Of a DNA stretch of 23,122 nucleotides, positions 17,840 through 23,122 are shown piece after piece (position 1 is the stretch's first letter; each line of letters opens with the position of its first letter). The stretch is taken from contig JBNKNM010000077.1 in the NCBI GenBank assembly GCA_050293845.1, forward strand, positions 1 through 23,122, given 5' to 3'. The notes below the pieces were generated by a model. It had not been told where the DNA came from. It saw nothing but the letters and a program-made list of their open reading frames with translations, and searched no databases. A program made the translations under genes and the position numbers. Source of the DNA: Pseudobacteriovorax sp. (GTDB lineage: Bacteria; Bdellovibrionota_B; Oligoflexia; Oligoflexales; Oligoflexaceae).

Positions 17840-20800
17840 CTAAGATTTTGTCGACTGGCTTTTTATGCTAAGACTAATCGGCGTAGTCTCACTTACGTCC
17901 TGTCTATCTAACGAAGGCCTAATCTTAGACATTTTCAATGACTTTGTCATCCTATCCCATAAGGAGATCGTATCTTCAAGGATACCGTAGGCACAGGGAA
18001 CCCATACTAGAGTCAAAACTGTACCGCTTGTCAATCCCCAAGCCATGGCAAGAGTCATAGGTATCAAAATGGCATCACTGCCACCAATTCCATAAGCTGT
18101 TGGAAGAAGGCCGGAAATGGTTGTTAGGGAACTCACTATAACGGCCTTTAGACGGAGTCCTGACGATTTGACCAAGATTTCGTCCATGGATAAATCCGGG
18201 CTCTCTTTCTTCATGTCGTCAATGAATGAGATCAAAACGATTCCAGAATTAACGATAATTCCCCCTAATCCTATAACTCCAATAAGGGCTAAGAAACTAA
18301 TCGGTCGGTCGTGAAGATAAAAAGCTACGGAGAAACCTACCAATCCTAGCGGAATAGTGGTCATAATAATGAGAGGTCTTAAATAAGATCTAAATAGAAA
18401 AACAAGGAGCGCAAATATCCCAGCTAAAGAAAGAATAAGGGCATCGAAAAGGCTCTGTAGCGACTCTTTTGTACTCTCCTGCTCACCTCCAAAAACAATG
18501 GAAACTTCTTGATAATCTTTTTGGAAAGATGCAAAGGTATCAGCCAGTACCTTATTAGCAGCAATGGCAGTGATTTTAGTCTCGTCAATATCAGCTGTAA
18601 TGGTTTTAGCTCGTTGAAAGTCAAAGCGATTAATCTGTGGTTTGCCATCCTCTTCACGGAGACTAGCGACATGATCTAGGGGAACCAAAAATCCTCTTGG
18701 GTCCATGATTTTAATCTTGCCGAGATCTGAAATTTCTGAACGTGCGTTTGGTGCGAATTCTACCAAAATATCAACTTCTTTGTTTTTAAGGTCAACATTT
18801 GATATGCGGCTGCCAGAAACGGCAGTTCTGATTATACTACCTATGCCTTCTAAACTTAAACCCAGCCGACTGGCAACAGCTTCATTGACGTCTATATATA
18901 CTCTGTCGTCACCGAAGATATCATTGATTTCAATATTTTTTATACCTTCGACGGAAGATAGTCGCTCTATTATTTTTTCACTTACCATGGCTAGTGTTTC
19001 AGGGTTGGAAGAACGAATAGTACCGTTCACTGGTTTTCCAACTGGGGGACCATTAGCGAGTGCTTCGAATGATATATCTACTCCTTCTGGAATGGGAATC
19101 GTTTCTAAACTTCGAATAAAGACACTATCGTCGATGTTATTCTTGGCGTTTTCATTCACAGAGATACGAATGAAGCCAACATTATCCCCTCTCTTCGCTT
19201 GCGGGTCATTGGGTGCGGTTTGAGAGACACCAGCTTGAGTTACTAACGTAACTATGTGTTCGCCCTGATTTTTGAATATTGAAGAAGAGATGGTTTTTAG
19301 TTGATCCTGGGTAGAATTAAGAGGGGTTCCCTTTGGTAGCTCGACTCGTGCTATATATACCTCTGTTTGATCCGATGGGAATAGAATAAACTTATTGACT
19401 CCAAACATCATGTAGAAAGAACCTGCAATGAGAATACTAAATCCTAAAGCTGCAATGTAGCGATGACTTATAGTCCATCTCATAAAGCTTTCAAAGGGTG
19501 TTATTACAAGGCGTTGAAACCAATCGTCATCACTCTTTTCGTTGCTATCCTCTTTGTCGATGCTCCTAACGCCTTTTTCGTTCTTTCGGACAAGTCGCAT
19601 AGGGAGAAAAAAGAAGCTTTCTGCCAGACTTGCTAAAAGAGCGACAGTGACAACAATCGGGATAAGTTTAATGAATTGTCCCATGATTCCCTTAGTAACG
19701 AGCATGGGAAGAAAGGCCGCAATAGTAGTAAAGGCTGTAGCACTGATGGGAAGCCATAATTTACTGATTGAAGTTAAGGCAGCTTCCTTGGATGAATAGC
19801 CCTCTTTATGGAGACGTGCATAGTTTTCGCTGATAACTACGCTGTTGTCTACCAGCATACCGAGAGCAATGACAAGAGCCAGTATAGTAATTGCATTTAA
19901 ATTCATATCGAAAGCTGCCATAAAGCCGAAAGTGGCAAGTACGGCAATTGGTAGTGACAGACTAGCCATAATTCCGATGCGACCAGGGAGAAATATGAGG
20001 AGAAATACTATGACTAAAACAAGTCCAGATACTGCGTTAGAGGTCAAAACTTCAAGTCGATTTTTAACCTTGGCTGCTTCGTTGTTATAAACGTTAAATT
20101 TGTAGTCTGGGTATGATTTTTGGTAGCTAGAAATAACTTCGTTCAGTCCATCAACTAGTTGAATTGTATCTGAGCCAGATTTTTTCGTTACGGTTAATAA
20201 TGTAGCTTCTTCCCCATCTACAAGTGCTTTTACTTTAGGTTCAGCTTGCCCATCGACGACAGTCGCAATGTCGCCAAGAGTTACTTTCTTCCCCGAAAAA
20301 TTGGAACGAATTATTATTTGTTCTAGTTCTTTAACATCTTCGATTTTTCCTTCAAGTCTCAATAGCTTTTGTTTGCTGGCATTCTTTAGGAGACCGCCTG
20401 GGATATTGACATTCTTATTTTGTATCTTGGTGATAACTTCATTGATACCTACATGGAATTTATCGAGGCGTTTCGGGTCAAGCTGCACCCGAAACTGACG
20501 TTCTTGGTGAGCGGAATACCTAACATTAAGAACTGCTTTGTTATTTTCAAGGGATTCCTTAAGGGATTCTGCGATAAGATCACGCTGGCGATTCTTATTT
20601 GAACCAATGATCCCTAGGTTGATGACAGGAAATTCTTCAGATTTTAGCTCTAAGAATTTTGGACGATCTTTTAGGTCTGGGGGAAGTTTCGATACGCGAT
20701 CAACAGATCGTTGTAAGTCCGACATGGCTTCAGTAACATCTATATTGTCAATGTCGAGGCGGACAAAAATGGTGCTTTCTCCGGCCTGGCTTACAGAACG

Positions 20801-21040
20801 AACATCTTTAAGGCCAGAGACCGAACGGATCTCTTCTTCGATTGGCTTGGTTATTCGGGTCTCAATCTCTTCCGCAGAAGCCCCATCGTACCTTGTTGTA
20901 ATCGTTGCAGATGCAAAATCAACAGCAGGGTATGACTCGGAGTTTAGGTTTTTTAAACCATTAACTCCAAACAAAACTACCATGGCTGTTAGAATTAGTG
21001 TGAACTTTGAATTATCGAGAAAAAACTTTGCGATGTTCAT
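17840..21040 (-). CDS. RND efflux permease (AcrB-like fold, divergent proton-relay residues)
   Basis: 'ESYPAVD', 'GASAEEIETRITKPIEE', 'NIPGG', TM4 'GMLVDNSVVISEN', 'TTIAAFLPM', 'FRSYLRPLIIM' and 'LAMAWGL'; 1066 aa. Confidence 0.93.
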   Translation of the reverse strand: MNIAKFFLDNSKFTLILTAMVVLFGVNGLKNLNSESYPAVDFASATITTRYDGASAEEIETRITKPIEEEIRSVSGLKDVRSVSQAGESTIFVRLDIDNIDVTEAMSDLQRSVDRVSKLPPDLKDRPKFLELKSEEFPVINLGIIGSNKNRQRDLIAESLKESLENNKAVLNVRYSAHQERQFRVQLDPKRLDKFHVGINEVITKIQNKNVNIPGGLLKNASKQKLLRLEGKIEDVKELEQIIIRSNFSGKKVTLGDIATVVDGQAEPKVKALVDGEEATLLTVTKKSGSDTIQLVDGLNEVISSYQKSYPDYKFNVYNNEAAKVKNRLEVLTSNAVSGLVLVIVFLLIFLPGRIGIMASLSLPIAVLATFGFMAAFDMNLNAITILALVIALGMLVDNSVVISENYARLHKEGYSSKEAALTSISKLWLPISATAFTTIAAFLPMLVTKGIMGQFIKLIPIVVTVALLASLAESFFFLPMRLVRKNEKGVRSIDKEDSNEKSDDDWFQRLVITPFESFMRWTISHRYIAALGFSILIAGSFYMMFGVNKFILFPSDQTEVYIARVELPKGTPLNSTQDQLKTISSSIFKNQGEHIVTLVTQAGVSQTAPNDPQAKRGDNVGFIRISVNENAKNNIDDSVFIRSLETIPIPEGVDISFEALANGPPVGKPVNGTIRSSNPETLAMVSEKIIERLSSVEGIKNIEINDIFGDDRVYIDVNEAVASRLGLSLEGIGSIIRTAVSGSRISNVDLKNKEVDILVEFAPNARSEISDLGKIKIMDPRGFLVPLDHVASLREEDGKPQINRFDFQRAKTITADIDETKITAIAANKVLADTFASFQKDYQEVSIVFGGEQESTKESLQSLFDALILSLAGIFALLVFLFRSYLRPLIIMTTIPLGLVGFSVAFYLHDRPISFLALIGVIGLGGIIVNSGIVLISFIDDMKKESPDLSMDEILVKSSGLRLKAVIVSSLTTISGLLPTAYGIGGSDAILIPMTLAMAWGLTSGTVLTLVWVPCAYGILEDTISLWDRMTKSLKMSKIRPSLDRQDVSETTPISLSIKSQSTKS

Positions 21041-21053
21041 GTCTACCTTGTCC

Positions 21054-22505
21054 CTAAGAATTTATGTTACATGGTGTTTCAGTAAAAACTTTTAAATAAT
21101 CAAAAAGAGTATTGATAACTAATAGATAGGCATCTATTTTATTGAGTTGGCTGTCCTGCAAGGAATCTTGTTCTCGAATCAGTTCGATAAGAGAGATTCG
21201 TGCTTGTCGGTACTGTTTTTCGATATCCCGAGAACTGAGCGTTAGCAAGTTGGTAGTCTCTCGTTGGTAAGCAATTGTTTCATATAGTAGATCTATTTGC
21301 GACATTATGGTTTTTCTCTGTGCCTTTAAATTTAGAAGCAGTGCGTCTCTTTCAGATTCATAGCGTGCTTGTTCGAGGGCGAGTTCAGAATTTTTCGTTC
21401 GCTTGGTATGACCGCCTATGGGGGCTGAAAGTTCTAGGGCAATGGCAAAGCCATTGATTGTACTGTCTTCTATGCGACGGACTGAGTTATTGTAAGAATC
21501 TGATCGGCCACTGATTCCATAAGATCCTGTTAGTTTGAGATCAATTTCATCATGTCGACTAATGACGCTTTTACGACTATTGAAGTGGCTATCAAGTGAT
21601 GAGATTAACTTACTATATTTCGTGTTTGCTAATGGTGATCGATTGCTTTTCTTAATTATTTCTGTGCACTGAAATACATTTTCTACGGCTTGATTCAAGT
21701 TTACAGAAGCTAGAGACAGATATTCTTTTTCAGCAAGGCTAGGCAGCAGTGTTTTTATCTGAAGTTCTAATTGAGTTCTTTGGATCTGGAGTGATTTTAC
21801 GACATTTTTTCGTACTGAAACTTGCGCTTTTAATCGGGATACATCGGATCTCGAAGCTACAGATGCTTTAAATCGCTCTCGTGTCTCTGAAAGTTGCTTT
21901 TCAGCATTTTTTAAAAGTTCTTGCGTGAGTTGCTGAGCTTCACGGTTGGCAATCATAGCCCAATATATTTTACGAATATTAAGTTCAAATTCTTTTTGTT
22001 GGATTTGGCTTCTAATCTGTGAAGCTTGCAGAGAATATAAATTCGCATTGAAATTATTTTGATCCATACGACCCAAGAAATTCTTCCATAAGTCTATGCT
22101 AACGGAAGCTTCTATTCCGGTCGTAGTTAAATTCTCAATCATGCTGTCTGTCGTGCTTCTTTGGTCGACAGCTAGGGCAACGCTACTTGAAATTCCTTTT
22201 CTTAAGCTTTTCCGTACACCAACTGAAACAGTTTGAGTCGGTCCAAAAATGGGAAAAGTGGGGGAGTAGGATAGCTCGTTAGTATCTGAGTAGTTTCCGT
22301 TAGCAAATGCAGTAGCCCCAAACTTTTCTTCAAAACGATTAAGGTTCAGCTCTTGCTGTCGCGAAGCTGCCTCTAGCTTAGACAGATGGGGAGACTTATC
22401 TCTGGCCAGAGCAATAAAATCAGCTTCAGTTAAAGGCTGTGAATAAGCGGGAAGAGCTAACATGCTAATAAAAAAAAGAAGTCTTGTTTTGAATTTTTGT
22501 TCCAT
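21054..22505 (-). CDS. TolC family outer membrane factor
   Basis: Signal peptide, amphipathic beta segments and long heptad helices: 'IDLWKNFLG', 'IRKIYW', 'RERFKASVASRSDV', 'QYRQARISLIELIREQD'. 13-nt gap to the RND gene. Confidence 0.85.
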   Translation of the reverse strand: MEQKFKTRLLFFISMLALPAYSQPLTEADFIALARDKSPHLSKLEAASRQQELNLNRFEEKFGATAFANGNYSDTNELSYSPTFPIFGPTQTVSVGVRKSLRKGISSSVALAVDQRSTTDSMIENLTTTGIEASVSIDLWKNFLGRMDQNNFNANLYSLQASQIRSQIQQKEFELNIRKIYWAMIANREAQQLTQELLKNAEKQLSETRERFKASVASRSDVSRLKAQVSVRKNVVKSLQIQRTQLELQIKTLLPSLAEKEYLSLASVNLNQAVENVFQCTEIIKKSNRSPLANTKYSKLISSLDSHFNSRKSVISRHDEIDLKLTGSYGISGRSDSYNNSVRRIEDSTINGFAIALELSAPIGGHTKRTKNSELALEQARYESERDALLLNLKAQRKTIMSQIDLLYETIAYQRETTNLLTLSSRDIEKQYRQARISLIELIREQDSLQDSQLNKIDAYLLVINTLFDYLKVFTETPCNINS

Positions 22506-22519
22506 GGTTACGTCCTGAG

Positions 22520-22536
22520 TTCAAACGTTCGTTTTA
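22520..22536. promoter_or_regulatory. Candidate TetR operator 1
   Basis: TTCAAACGTTCGTTTTA contains the dyad AAACG-NN-CGTTT and lies ~15 nt upstream of the tolC start. Confidence 0.6.
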
Positions 22537-22545
22537 TACGTCTGT

Positions 22546-22573
22546 ATGTTAAATTACTTTTCGGAATTAGCAA
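22546..22573 (-). promoter_or_regulatory. Candidate sigma70 promoter of the tolC-RND-tetR operon
   Basis: Minus strand reads TTGCTA (22573-22568), a 16-nt spacer, then TAACAT (22551-22546). It lies between the two candidate operators. Confidence 0.4.
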
Positions 22574-22584
22574 TCGAAAATTTA

Positions 22585-22602
22585 TTCAAACGTTCGTATT
22601 AA
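22585..22602. promoter_or_regulatory. Candidate TetR operator 2
   Basis: TTCAAACGTTCGTATTAA; the first 13 bp are identical to operator 1, 65 bp away. Confidence 0.58.
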
Positions 22603-22652
22603 TTGTAAGTCTTGAATTTTAAAGGATTTAAATTTAAAAAAATCAGTGACAT

Positions 22653-22678
22653 TTGACGTTTGGTATCAAAAACGTCAA
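22653..22678. repeat. Hairpin upstream of tnpB (candidate IS200/IS605 left-end structure or operator)
   Basis: TTGACGTTT-GGTATCAA-AAACGTCAA has perfect 9-bp arms. Confidence 0.5.
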
Positions 22679-22709
22679 TTTCTACCCAATGCCAACCTTG
22701 CTGTAATTG

Positions 22710-23122
22710 ATGGTCGGATGTAGATACCTGCATGACCTACCTCTTTTAAGAAACTAAAGGGGATGTCGAGAGCTGTGAATTTTGTATGGAACTATTGTAA
22801 CGGCACCTCGTTCAAGGCCATTAGAGAAAGATCCGAATGGTTATCTGGCTACGACCTTCAAAAGCTAACAAAGGGATCTGGAAAAGAGCTTGGTATTAAT
22901 TTACGACAGTTCAAGAAGTGTGCTCAGAGTATGCACTAAGACGTCGTCAATTTAAGAAGCGAAAACTTCGTTGGAGAGGAAAAAAGTCTCTGGGATGGAT
23001 TCCTTTTAAAAAAACAGGGATTTCTTTCAAGGAAGGACAAGTAAAATATGCTGGGTTAAAGCTTAGTGTATTTCAGCCAGAACGAATCCCTGTTAAAGGT
23101 AGCTACGGGGCTGGGGAGCTAT
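22710..23122 (+). pseudogene. tnpB: IS200/IS605-family TnpB (RNA-guided endonuclease), frameshifted, runs off the window end
   Basis: From 22748: KKLKGMSRAVNFVWNYCNGTSFKAIRERSEWLSGYDLQKLTKGSGKELGIN. After a 1-nt shift at ~22901: TTVQEVCSEYALRRRQFKKRKLRWRGKKSLGWIPFKKTGISFKEGQVKYAGLKLSV..., open to the end. These are hallmark N-terminal motifs of a TnpB clade (VNFVWNY, S.YDL.K.T.G..KELG, RR.QFKK.KLRWR, SLGWIPFK). The start at 22710 is tentative and needs a further shift near 22737. Confidence 0.88.

Noticed and set aside
4007..21457. Many short ORFs antisense to or nested in the long genes (e.g. 8489-8827, 18705-19223, 20538-21095)
   Set aside because: Shadow frames of well-supported CDSs; none resembles an MFP or any other known protein.
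22527..22554. GTATGTTAAAT resembles a XerD arm
   Set aside because: The XerC arm match is poor; the region is better explained as promoter plus operator.
22895..22905. Programmed -1 frameshift in tnpB
   Set aside because: T AAT TTA is not a canonical slippery heptamer, and a second upstream indel suggests decay.

Overview
AT-rich bacterial window; the protein families suggest Oligoflexia/Bdellovibrionota, but this is inference only. The left ~6.6 kb is accessory and partly decayed. It holds a dyad-symmetric Xer/dif-like site, a GNAT acetyltransferase pseudogene, an intact Xre/MbcA-type antitoxin + RES toxin pair, an FkbM methyltransferase, two tandem DUF4360-like secreted proteins and an XRE-type HTH regulator. 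The middle is a minus-strand run of an M16 zinc peptidase, a SulP-STAS transporter and a DAGK/YegS-like lipid kinase. The right half has two convergent TolC + RND-permease operons, neither encoding a periplasmic adaptor (MFP). The second operon ends in a TetR gene, has twin candidate operators upstream, and its RND has a non-canonical proton relay. The window ends in a frameshifted IS200/IS605-family tnpB that the ORF track misses.
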